DNA from: Acidimicrobiia bacterium
GTDB taxonomy: Bacteria > Actinomycetota > Acidimicrobiia > Spongiisociales > ZC4RG35
Direction: 5' to 3'
DNA length: 64,000 bases
NCBI GenBank assembly: GCA_965215185.1
Contig: OZ244034.1
Location: 1,056,001 to 1,120,000, forward strand
Shown here: one piece after another, positions 42,934 through 52,906 of the stretch
Layout: the number at the start of each line of letters is the position of its first letter
Numbering within the stretch: the first letter of the stretch is position 1
Made by a program: the position numbers and the translations under genes
Notes under the pieces: model-generated
Told to the model about the DNA's origin: nothing
The model's input: only the letters and a program-made list of their open reading frames with translations
Database searches by the model: none

Positions 42934-43150
42934 GGTTTCATAGAGGGTTGGTTGTTTGTGTAATTGGGGGTTTGATCGGGTTGGTTTGATGGTAGTTGGT
43001 TTCGTGTTCGGCGGGGGTGGTGTAGGTGGTATCTGGGGTGATTCCGCGAGGGTGGCGAAGGTGGTGTGGTCAAGGTCTCGCCAGGGTCCCCGGTTGCGGA
43101 TCAGTTCAGTTTTGTATAGACCGATGGTGGTCTCTGCCAGGGCATTGTCA
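42934..43150 (-). mobile_element. IS3-family (IS6110-like) 3' remnant whose IR is split by IS110 B
   Basis: DNALAETTIGLYKTELIRNRGPW; other half of the IR at 39972-39982. Confidence 0.75.
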
Positions 43151-43529
43151 AAGCCTCTATGAGTTTTCTCAGGTCAACAACCACGAAATGGGTGTGCTGG
43201 TTGACAGGAGTCAGTCCAGGGACCTGTACATGCAGATCTACGACGAGGCGATGAGGATTGTACGCCTGAGCGACGAAATCCGGGTCAAGGTTGCCCGAGT
43301 ACCGAAAGCACCCGTCGAGGATCCCCGACCCGGTGAGGCTCCCACCTGTCCAAAGTGCAACGAGACCATGGTCGTTCGCACAGCCAGGAAAGGCGCCAAC
43401 AAGGGCGAAACCTTTTGGGGGTGCTCCACCTTCCCCAAGTGCTGGGGCATGAGGCCTCTTGAAACTGCCCAAGCTGCCCCAAAGACCCCTTCCCGACGTG
43501 GGTTCCGTTCCCGACGGAAACGTTCTTAG
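43151..43529 (+). pseudogene. C-terminal fragment: PLD-like nuclease tail plus topoisomerase C4 zinc ribbon
   Basis: LYEFSQVNNHEMGVL; CPKCNETMVVRTARKG...FWGCSTFPKC; 5' part lost at the IS3 remnant. Confidence 0.65.
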
Positions 43530-43596
43530 CGATCACCCTAAGTACTCGCTGGCTTAGTCCTTAGGGGGTCGGTCGGTTAGTGAGGCTGGACCAGAG

Positions 43597-44041
43597 CTAT
43601 AGGTTTGGTCCAGTCGTTTGGCCACGATCCTGCCCGAGTCCGGCCAGACAGTCGGCCATGTCGTTCAAGGCGTGTCCGGAATGGCTTTTCACCTTCTCCC
43701 AGCGGATGTCCCGTCCGTTGAGCAGCCCGGCGATGGTTTCGATCAGTTCTCTGTGCGCCACCGGTTTACCCCCGGATCTCCGCATGTTGCGCTCGCGCCA
43801 ACCGGGAAGCCATTTGGTGAACGTTTTGATGACATATCTGCTGTCCGCTTGGATCAACAGCGGCTGGTCCGGTGGGAGAGACACCTAGAGTCTCGAGGAG
43901 GGCGGTCAGTTCCATGGCTTGGTGCGTTGTGTTGGGGTCACTGCCCCATTGGTACCGGCCGTCTTCGGTGGCCCATCCCCAGCCACCGGCGCCGCCCCTA
44001 ATTTCGCCAGACCCGTCAGTAGCGACAGTCAATCTTCTCAT
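43597..44041 (-). pseudogene. Ribonuclease HI, frameshifted near 43885
   Basis: VATDGS...GGWGW...MELTA, then in another frame ADSRYV, WEKVKSHSGHALNDMAD. Confidence 0.85.
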
Positions 44042-44263
44042 TTTGTTCACTGGCCTGTAATCCTAAGAGGAATCGTTGCAGTTCCTGATCACCTTACCGG
44101 GAATGGTCGAAAGGACTTGGGCCGAGCGGCAACAGCCCACCTCCGCTCCATTCTGCACTCCAAGTAGAAGGACCGGTCGGACAACTCCGGGTGCTGGCCG
44201 CCCGTCCTCAAGGCCATCATGGCAGGTCTGCGGTTCGGCTGATGAGCCGGGTTTCTTGGGCGT

Positions 44264-45082
44264 TTAGTCGGCATCAGGGTTTTGGGTCCTACTAGTTAGG
44301 TGTTCCTGTATCTGTCCTAACGAAGCTTCGATGCGTTCTTGGCGCTGTTCAAGAGACCTCAGTCGGTTAACGAGGTCGGACTCTTGGTCTGATTCAACGA
44401 AGTATGCGGCTATGTTGGCGGTAATGAAGGACACCACCCCGATCCCGGCCAGCATCAATACCACCGCGGTTGCCCGGCCTCCCGTAGTGACCGGGGAGAA
44501 ATCTCCGTAACCGACGGTGGTGAGGGTCACCACCGTCCACCATAGGCCATCAACTAGCGAGTGTCCCTCGAATAAAGCGAACAGCCCCCCGGTTGCCAAC
44601 GCTATGAGAACGAAGGCGGCGGTTGCGTAGCCGAGTCCCCGCTTTCGGAGAACGCGACGCAGATGCGTCAAACCCCGGGCGGAAGCCGCCGCTAAACCCG
44701 CCAACCGGAGAAGGCGAAGAACCCGGACAAGGCGAGACAATCGCGCAAGCCGGGTGAGAGCGAACAGTTCGCCCAGCAGTGGAAAAGAGACAAGAATGAC
44801 CAGAAGGTCCAGCCAGGCCTTCCTGGCATAAGCAAGACGGTCGTCGGTCAGGAGAATCACCACCGCGAATTCCACAGTGAACGCTGCCCAGATAAGCCAA
44901 TTGACTATCTCGAAAACAGTCTCCCACCCACCGACGGCGATCTGTTCGCCTATTACTACCGGGAGAACCGCCAGCGCCGCAACCATCACCGGTATCTCGA
45001 ACTGTTGACGAACCTTCGCAGCCCGCGGGTTCAGCACATCGTCGATAGTCCGGTGATCCCTCACAAATCCCAAAGAGTACAC
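44264..45082 (-). CDS. Potassium channel / ion transporter (6TM)
   Basis: S4-like RLARLSRLVRVLRLLRL; TTVGYGD selectivity filter. Confidence 0.9.
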   Translation of the reverse strand: MYSLGFVRDHRTIDDVLNPRAAKVRQQFEIPVMVAALAVLPVVIGEQIAVGGWETVFEIVNWLIWAAFTVEFAVVILLTDDRLAYARKAWLDLLVILVSFPLLGELFALTRLARLSRLVRVLRLLRLAGLAAASARGLTHLRRVLRKRGLGYATAAFVLIALATGGLFALFEGHSLVDGLWWTVVTLTTVGYGDFSPVTTGGRATAVVLMLAGIGVVSFITANIAAYFVESDQESDLVNRLRSLEQRQERIEASLGQIQEHLTSRTQNPDAD

Positions 45083-45209
45083 ACGGCGACTCGGCTAGAG
45101 CACTTGCGCAAGAACCGGCGAGTACCAGGGTTCGCAACTAGGCGGCTCGGCCACAATATGCCCGCCGTTGGCGATCGTTAGCCTCCCCAAAACGAGGAAG
45201 GAGACTCCA

Positions 45210-45567
45210 ATGATCGAAACGTTAGAACAGGTCGCTTGCACCGTCTGGAACGAACTGGGCTATGGATACCGAGAAGATGTCTACGAAAAACGCCATGGCC
45301 CACGAAATGCGCACCACCCATCCAAACATGGTGTTCAATGTCGAAGCCTACGTGGAAATCCTGTACAAAGGCGTAGCGGTGGGATTGCAGCGTCTGGATT
45401 TCATAATCGATGACGAGCTGGCTGTCGAACTCAAAACGGGCGCAAAAATAGCACCAGCCCACCGGGCACAAAGGGAAGCGTATCTACGGACCACGCGCCT
45501 CGAGAAAGGCCTAATTGTCTGCTTTACCCCCACAGGCGTGGAATGTGAGCCAATAACCAGCTCGTGA
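45210..45567 (+). pseudogene. GxxExxY protein (PD-(D/E)xK-like), frameshifted in the A-run near 45288
   Basis: LGYGYREDVYE, then RLDFII...VELK...HRAQ..AYL...GLIVCF. Confidence 0.82.
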
Positions 45568-45617
45568 GACAGGCCTCAACAGTTCCAAACCGCCTCACTA
45601 CCCAACCGTCACTGATC

Positions 45618-46845
45618 GAGGCTTCGCGATATGTTGGGATTCGGGTAGGGAGGGGGTCGTTGGATAGGGGTTGAGGCCTCGCTGGAATTGGTGGTGTAAG
45701 CATTGCCTATCCAGGAGGCCTCAATGAGTTTCGATGTTATGAGGGTGCGGTTGCACCTGCCCACGTGTGACCGGTGTGGTGGTGGACACCCCCGCAGAGT
45801 TGGTGGTGGGGGTTCAATGTCAGGAAGTTGTCATCGTGTCCGTTTTGTGGGCTTTCTTGCCAGCAGGTGCATGACCGTCGCCGGCGGGAGATCCGCGATC
45901 TGGAGCACGGCGGCCGCTCGACGGTGTTGTTATCCCAGCGGCGGTTCGTGTGCGGTGCTTGTGGGAAACGGCACATGGAAAACCATCCCCAGTTCGAAGG
46001 CAGTATTACCCGGCGGCTGGCCCGGCGGCTGGTCCGGGACGCTCAGGTGATGCCGATCAGTGCGGTGTCCCGACATCATGGGGTGGGGTGGCATCTGGTC
46101 ATGGGACGTCTGGTGACTGGTCCGGGCTGGTCGGAGATCATCGTCGCAAACAGATGATTGATGAGACATCGATCCGCAAACGGCATCGGTATGTGACCGT
46201 GATCCTCAACGGCGACACCGGAGAGATGTTGGACATGATCGAAGGACGGTCCAAAGCGCTCAAGGTTTTTCATTGAGCAAGGACCCCGATGGTGTCAGAA
46301 CGTAGTCACCGACGGTTCCCACTCCTACCGGGCAGCTATTCACTATCTTCCCGGAGCCCGTCACGTCCTGGACCGCTTCCAGTCCGATGGTCGCCCAAGG
46401 ACTACCCTGGTACGCAGAGAACTGACGCCGCCAACCGCCCGGTGTGAAACCCGCCTCGAACCGGACCTGTTCCGCGCCCGGTTCGCTCTCCTGAAAAGAC
46501 ACGACCGTCTCGGACCGGAAAAATTCGGCCCATCCGCGTCTTCGGGTCGCCTTTACAAGAGCTCTACAGCCTCTATCAGGCCGACGACCTCCAAGGCGCC
46601 CTCGACGCTCTCCAACGCTTCGCCGACCTCTACGAAACCGGCCAGATTCCCGAGTACCACAACACCGTGACACCATCCTCAACTGGTCAGACGAAATCCT
46701 CAACTGGCACCACAGCCGCCGTTCCAACGGACCCCTCGAAGGCACCAACAACCTAATCCAAACCCTCCGCAGAACCGCCCACGGCTTCACAAACAGGCCT
46801 CAACAGTTCCAAAGCCGACCACAATCCCACGAATTCCGAAGGGCC
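45618..46845 (+). mobile_element. Degenerate ISL3 family element
   Basis: CPFCG...RRFVCGAC Zn finger; IDETSIRKRHRYVTV; SNGPLEGTNN; multiple frameshifts; 8-bp direct repeat CACTGATC on both sides. Confidence 0.8.
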
Positions 46846-46889
46846 CACTGATCCAAGTGAGCTGACTCCACAAAACCAGGAGACCATCA
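46846..46889 (+). repeat. Solo IS3 right end
   Basis: CACTGATCCAAGTGAGCTGACTCCACAAAACCAGGAGACCATCA, near-identical to 54134-54177. Confidence 0.8.
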
Positions 46890-47190
46890 CAAGAGATATT
46901 ACGATATTGGCACCATATCTATCCTGGCCAATCGACGGGGAATAGAAAGATAAAGTCTACACGTTCAGTTCCCAGATGAGTGCCTCCAATCTGCATTAGT
47001 GTCTGGGACTAGAACGGCGAGCCGGTGACTATCGAGAAGTGGCTGACTGACTACAATCGGACCGTCTTTAAGGATCGATAACATTATTGGAGTACAAATA
47101 AGACATGCAGAGGAACATCCGATTACAGGCAGTCTGATTCTTGGGGGCAGAGTCAGTGCGCCACCTGGCTGGTAGCAGAGGAGACCTGCA

Positions 47191-49680
47191 TTGGGCAGAA
47201 TCGTCGACGCCTTAAGCCGACTGGTTACGGCCCGTCCTATGGTGACGCTTGCCGCTCTATTCGTTACGACGATCTTCTTCGCCGCGGGAAGTGCTCAGCT
47301 TGCGCCACAGTCGACCAATGAGTCGTTCTTGCCCCAAGACAGCGAGATCACGAAGACATTGGAGGACCTAGAGGCTCTCTTCAGTGACTCCGCATCGGTA
47401 ACCCTCATGACATTAATCTTCCGAGGGGAGGCTCTCACTCCCGAAGGGCTCGCGCAGATGGAACGTGTTATTGAGGGGGTGCTCACGGACCCAGAAGTCG
47501 CCGACAACTTGGCGCCGAAGGATGCGGTCGTATCGCCTTCTCGGTTGGTAGCCGCCACGCTGCGGGTGACCAGTTTTGAAGGAATCACCCAAGCTCAGAT
47601 TGACGGGGCGATGAACGCCATTCGCAACACGCCGGAACTCGCACAGGTCCGGAGGGCGCTGGATGGGCTGACCGGAACCGATGACGACGGTACCCCCATT
47701 GCGGTCGCCAGTGTACGGCTGTTTGACATAGATGGGGCGGGCACCGCAGGCGACGCCGAACTCAGGATTAGCGAGTTGGTCAAACAGGAGAAGGGACCAC
47801 TCTCGGTTCGCAGCCTCTCGCAAGCTGTCATCGACGAAGCCCAAAGGGAAGCTACGGGTCCAAGGGGGCAGCGATTGTTGGGTCTGGCGCTGGTCGTTAT
47901 CGCGGCGATGACATTCCTCTTTATGCGCACGATATCCGATTTGTTGCTCACCCTAGGAGGTCTGGCTCTCGCGCTTATCTGGACGGTAGGCGCGCAGGGT
48001 TGGCTCGGACCGAACGCCCTCGGCCTCATCGGTCCGCCCAGCTCACTGGCATCGGTCGTACCATTAATTGTGATCGGACTTGCCGTCGACTATTCGATCC
48101 AAACCGTCGCTCTCTACCGTGAGCAAACGAATTCGGGTGAATCAGTAGCAAACGGAGTTCGCATAGGCCTGCGAAACGCGATCGTCCCTTTGTCGCTTGC
48201 GGCTATCACAACGATCATTAGCTTTTTCACAACGCTACTGTCGCCGTTCCCTGCGATCTCCGACTTCGGTGTCGTTACCGGCTTGGGAGTGGGTTTGAGC
48301 TTGATCGCGATGCTCACCCTGGTCCCTTCCGTCCGGGCAATAATCGACAGAAGGCGGGAGGACCGAGGTAACTTCGTTCCTGCTTATCCGATTGCAGAAG
48401 CAATTCCGGGCGTCAAAAGAGCAGCAGAGAAGCTTGGTGTGGTATTGGCACGCAGGCCGACCCTCTTTTTGTTGCTTGTGGTTTTGGTGACAATAGGGCT
48501 TGGGTATGAGGCTACTCGGATCGACACTGAATTCGGCAGGCAAGATTTGTTACCTCGGGATAGTGAAGTGATTGAGGACCTCACGACACTCGAAGCTGCC
48601 CTGGGCGGTTCGACAGAAATGGTAAATGTACTCATATCTGCTGAATTGACGGATACCCGAACAGTCCTGAACCTTTGGGATTTCATGACAGCGTTCCAGG
48701 ATGAAGGACAGCGACCGGCAGGCGTAGAGGGCAATATCAGTCTCTCGTTCGGTCACATCGCGTTTGACTGGATCACAGATGACGGCAGTCTGGAAGACAA
48801 GTACGACCCCGAGTTGGCAAGGCTTTTTCAGGAGGCGACCGCAGGCCTGCACGTTGACGCAAGACTCGTGCAGGAATTCATTGACAAACTGGAATCCAAG
48901 GAACCCGAAGTTGTACGGCAGGTCCTGGTCAACAACCCGGAAGGCATTGACACGATGCTGATTCAGTTCCAGGCACTTACCGACAACCCGGGGCGCACGG
49001 TGGACATGACCGAAGAAACCAAGCGACTGTGGTTGGGAAACAACCGCGAGATCACACCGACGTCCCAATCCATCGTAAGCATTGAGATCTCGAAAGTGGT
49101 TACAGAGACTCAAAGAAGGGCGATCATCACAACTATCGCTGCTGCCCTCGGCATACTCATCCTCTTCTGGGCATCCGTCCGCCAACCTGCCCTTGCCTTT
49201 ATAGCAGTCGGTCCTATCGTCCTGGCACTTGTATGTGCCCTGGGCACGATGTCTCTTCTCAACATCCCCTATACACCGGTGACCTCGATTATCACGGCAC
49301 TTTCGGTGGGAATTGGCGTGGACTACACAATTCATATGATCCACCGCTACCGAGAAGAATTCGCAAAGGAGCGCGACCCAGAAACCGCTGCAATACGGAC
49401 TCTTGCCACCACCGGTGCAGCCCTGCTGGGCTCGGCCCTCACGACAGCGGTGGGATTTGGAGTACTGACAATTTCGTCTATCCCCTCGTTCCAGCAATTG
49501 GGGCTCACCGCTGCCATCACAATCGCATACTCGCTGATCGTCTCCACCTTAGTTGTACCGCCGGCCTTGACTGTATGGGGCGTTTATCAAAATGCGCGGT
49601 TACGCTCCAAGGTGAGACACTTTTGGGATGATCTCGACGTCACCATAGACAACATTCATCAGCGCTACGAGGCTGACTGA
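47191..49680 (+). CDS. MMPL/RND family transporter
   Basis: Two repeats with IGLAVDYSI and GIGVDYTIH; about 12 TMs. Confidence 0.9.
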   Translation: MGRIVDALSRLVTARPMVTLAALFVTTIFFAAGSAQLAPQSTNESFLPQDSEITKTLEDLEALFSDSASVTLMTLIFRGEALTPEGLAQMERVIEGVLTDPEVADNLAPKDAVVSPSRLVAATLRVTSFEGITQAQIDGAMNAIRNTPELAQVRRALDGLTGTDDDGTPIAVASVRLFDIDGAGTAGDAELRISELVKQEKGPLSVRSLSQAVIDEAQREATGPRGQRLLGLALVVIAAMTFLFMRTISDLLLTLGGLALALIWTVGAQGWLGPNALGLIGPPSSLASVVPLIVIGLAVDYSIQTVALYREQTNSGESVANGVRIGLRNAIVPLSLAAITTIISFFTTLLSPFPAISDFGVVTGLGVGLSLIAMLTLVPSVRAIIDRRREDRGNFVPAYPIAEAIPGVKRAAEKLGVVLARRPTLFLLLVVLVTIGLGYEATRIDTEFGRQDLLPRDSEVIEDLTTLEAALGGSTEMVNVLISAELTDTRTVLNLWDFMTAFQDEGQRPAGVEGNISLSFGHIAFDWITDDGSLEDKYDPELARLFQEATAGLHVDARLVQEFIDKLESKEPEVVRQVLVNNPEGIDTMLIQFQALTDNPGRTVDMTEETKRLWLGNNREITPTSQSIVSIEISKVVTETQRRAIITTIAAALGILILFWASVRQPALAFIAVGPIVLALVCALGTMSLLNIPYTPVTSIITALSVGIGVDYTIHMIHRYREEFAKERDPETAAIRTLATTGAALLGSALTTAVGFGVLTISSIPSFQQLGLTAAITIAYSLIVSTLVVPPALTVWGVYQNARLRSKVRHFWDDLDVTIDNIHQRYEAD

Positions 49681-49699
49681 GACCATCAGGCGTATCCAT

Positions 49700-49976
49700 G
49701 CTCATTTCCGTGTACATACGGTTCCTCTTCGGGTTTGGGCTGAGCTAGGGACGGTATGGGATTTCGGGTAGGCCTCAACCGAGTGGAGCGTCTGATGACT
49801 CCACCATGTATACCAGGCGTCACCTGCCAAAAGACCTCCCATCGTCGCAAACGTCGAGTGACTGGCGAGGTACCTGCTGATTTGGTTGGGCGGCGGTTTG
49901 AACCGCTCCGAGTTTTCCGGAGGATTTGGTGGTACCCCACTTTGGTGGAGTTGGGATATTTGAATTAGTGGTGTGC
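49700..49976 (+). mobile_element. IS3 orfB fragment followed by two stacked IS3-type left IRs (49899, 49927)
   Basis: GFRVGLNRVERLM...PADLVGRRF; TGAACCGCTCCG and TGGTGGTACCCCACTTTGGTGGAG. Confidence 0.65.
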
Positions 49977-50248
49977 TGACCTGGGGTGTTGTGGTTTCGC
50001 TCCAGCGCCACCTCAACCAGGATGTTTACACCATCTATCTGGTGCGGGTCGGGGCGGACGGTGACTGGGACACGGTGAAAGAACTCCACGATGTGTACCT
50101 TGAAGCCAGGCGGGACAACCATCAGGCAATGCAAGACGGACTCGACGGGCTGCTATCGGATTTCGTTGGGCATGGGGACTACTCGGGGGAGTGGCAATAA
50201 ACCCACCGGCCACGAGTGGTTAGTGGCACGCTCGGTCTGTCAGGTCGG

Positions 50249-52015
50249 TTAGAACGCCCACAGGCGGGGAATAAAGACGACGGACAGGACCCAGAAGATT
50301 AGGTTGAGCGGCACGCCGGCGCGTAGGAAATCGGTGTACTTGTAGCCCCCCGGGTTGTAAATCATCGTGTTGGTCTGGTACCCGACCGGCGTGGAAAACC
50401 CAGTGGAAGCGGCGAAGGTGATGGCCATCAGGAAAGGCCGGGGATCCACTCCGATCTGCTCGGCGGTGGATATGGCTATTGGGGCTAGAAGCACCGCCGC
50501 TGCTGCGTTGCTCATGGTTTCGGTCATGACCGCTGCCAGCAAGTAGATGGCCGCTAGGACAGCCACTGGTCCCAGGTGTCCGACCATCCCCACGGCGTGT
50601 TCGGCGATGAAACCCGACGCTCCGCTGGTGTGCATGGCGACACCCAAGGGAAGTATTCCGGCGAGGAGGAAAATGACCTGCCAGTTGATAGACCTGTAAA
50701 CGTCTTCGGGTTTGAGGATGCGGGTCATTACCAGGGCCACGCAACCGAGCAGAGCAGAAACCAGGATAGGTACGACATCGAAAGCGGCTAGACCCACGAC
50801 CGCTACGAGTATTCCGACGGCCAGTGGGGCTTTGCGTCGCAGGGCCGTGCCGGGGAGCTCGTTGAGGACTATGAAGTCGCTGCTGCGACGCAGAGACTGC
50901 ATTTCCCTCACATGCGTTTGGATCAGCAGCGAGTCTCCCACGACAAGTTTGATCCCGCTGAGTTTCTCGTGAACCGTTTCGCCTCGGCGTTGCATGGCCA
51001 GCACCAGGGCCTTGTAGCGGTTGCGGAAATCGGTTTCTTTGAGGGTACGCCCGACGAGTTTAGAACCGGGAGCCACCAGGGACTGAACGAGACGCAGATC
51101 CTCGTTTTGCAGGGCCTCGTCCCGGAGTTCGAAATCGGCGTTGATTCGGAGACCCATCGTCCCTCGGAGGCGTATCAGGTCGGGCAGGGAACCATGCACC
51201 AGCAGCACGTCGTCGGGTTGAAGCACCCGTCTCAGCGGCGCCCAACCATTTTCTTCGTCGGTGAGTACCCGTATGACGGTTATGTCGTGATCCTCTCCGA
51301 GTCTGCTTTCCACCACCGATTTGCCGACTAGGGGAGACTTGGCGCGTACTCGCAGTTCGGTCACGTATTCGCCCAAGTGGTAGGTGGTCGCCAACCGCCC
51401 CTGCTGGCGGTCCGGCAACAACCACCGTCCGAACAGCAAGAAAAACGCTACTCCGGCAACGAAAAGAATCAAGCCCATCCGGGTGAACTCGAACATGCTG
51501 AACGCCCCATACCCAGCATCCGCGCTGATCGCACTGACCAGCAGGTTGGTGGAAGTGCCGATGAGGGTGCATACCCCGCCGAACTGCGAGGCGTAAGAAA
51601 GGGGAATCAGGAGCTTCGAGGCGGATATATTCCGTCTGGTGGCGAGGATTGTAACCAGGGGAATGAACACGGCAACCGCGGCGGTGTTGTTCACAAAAGC
51701 CGACATGACGGTGATCGTCACCATGATCACCACCAGAGCGGTGAAATGGTTCCGGCTGAACCGGATCATGAGCCTGCCCACCACACTGGTGGCACCCGTT
51801 TTTTGCAGCCCGGCGCCGAGGACAAACATAGCGGCTACAGTCAAAGTGGCGTGGTTGCTAAAACCGGAAAACCCTTCTTTGGGTGTGACCAACCCGAGGA
51901 TCAGCAGCACACCCAAACCCAGCATGGCGACGATATCCAGAGGATATTTTTCGGAGGTGAACAGCACCACGATCCCCACGAGGATCGCCAACACGGCGAG
52001 GCCTTCGCCGGTCAT
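50249..52015 (-). CDS. SLC13/CitMHS family permease with two TrkA-C domains
   Basis: SAFVNNTA, LIGTSTNL, TPVGYQTNTM. Confidence 0.9.
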   Translation of the reverse strand: MTGEGLAVLAILVGIVVLFTSEKYPLDIVAMLGLGVLLILGLVTPKEGFSGFSNHATLTVAAMFVLGAGLQKTGATSVVGRLMIRFSRNHFTALVVIMVTITVMSAFVNNTAAVAVFIPLVTILATRRNISASKLLIPLSYASQFGGVCTLIGTSTNLLVSAISADAGYGAFSMFEFTRMGLILFVAGVAFFLLFGRWLLPDRQQGRLATTYHLGEYVTELRVRAKSPLVGKSVVESRLGEDHDITVIRVLTDEENGWAPLRRVLQPDDVLLVHGSLPDLIRLRGTMGLRINADFELRDEALQNEDLRLVQSLVAPGSKLVGRTLKETDFRNRYKALVLAMQRRGETVHEKLSGIKLVVGDSLLIQTHVREMQSLRRSSDFIVLNELPGTALRRKAPLAVGILVAVVGLAAFDVVPILVSALLGCVALVMTRILKPEDVYRSINWQVIFLLAGILPLGVAMHTSGASGFIAEHAVGMVGHLGPVAVLAAIYLLAAVMTETMSNAAAAVLLAPIAISTAEQIGVDPRPFLMAITFAASTGFSTPVGYQTNTMIYNPGGYKYTDFLRAGVPLNLIFWVLSVVFIPRLWAF

Positions 52016-52906
52016 TCGGCCCGGTCCACGATCAAACCGGGTGTCCACCGGCAATACCCGAGTCCACGGTTGGGTGTCCACGGTTCGGTTCTTGTGATCA
52101 TTTTCGCTCCGGTATGCGCCCGCTGGTCACGGTTTGAACGTGACCCATACACCTAAACCTTGTTTCCCGGTGTTGATCCCCGGATGTTGCGGGCCTGTAG
52201 AGGCGGTGACTAGATGGTTGGAGACCCGAGGCGTATTTGATGGGAGCCTACCCGCATCCCCATAAAACCTTCGCTTGTTACGCCCCTGTCCGCTATTCGA
52301 CCGGGATCCAAGACATTGGTCTACGCTTAGGTACCCACTGTGAAAAACGACATGGCCACCACCAGCACTGATGATCTTTGGCGGCTGGCATGGTCCGCCG
52401 CTCCCGCTGGTGCCTTAACGACTTCGCCGTTCAGTGCTTCCGACTTGATCTGGTCAAGGAGCGACTTACCCAACGTGGTCTCCAGTGGGTAGGCAATCAC
52501 CTAGCGAAACCGCGTTAACGGACACAACCATCGATGCATTGGCAGGACGAGCGGCCCCAGTGGAATGCGACCCAGCCGAACCCGCTATGTAGGACATCCT
52601 TCAATCTTAAGAGGACGACCGCTGCAAGGGAGGTAACTACAAGAGCGGCTTGGAGGTGCGTGACCGAGAATTCCACGGGGCGCAACTTTGAGGACATGCG
52701 GCAGCCGTTTCAGGAATAGCCAAAACTGGTTTCGGAATTGGCTGAAAGTGATTTCAGCGTCCTGTTTGCGGGATGCTGTGACCTGGGGTGTTTTGGTTTC
52801 GCGCCAGCGCCCAAGGGCGGGGTTGGCGCGAAACTGTTGGGGTTTCTGTGCTTATGGTAGTTGGGGCGGAGAGTGGGGTGAACCGCGCCGGGTTTGGTAG
52901 AGGGTT

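Larger units (their letters stand above)
37380..52811 (-). mobile_element. Element E2: decayed, composite copy of the same transposon
   Basis: Left end near-identical to E1; right ends at 39619, 50009 and 52811; the last is followed by CAAG and another left end. Confidence 0.6.

Noticed and set aside
39835-42940. Long inverted repeat as composite transposon or invertible-segment ends
   Set aside because: Better explained as two independent IS110 left ends in opposite orientation with different guides.
52100-52700. Short ORFs between the SLC13 permease and the right end
   Set aside because: No recognisable motifs; probably decayed fragments.
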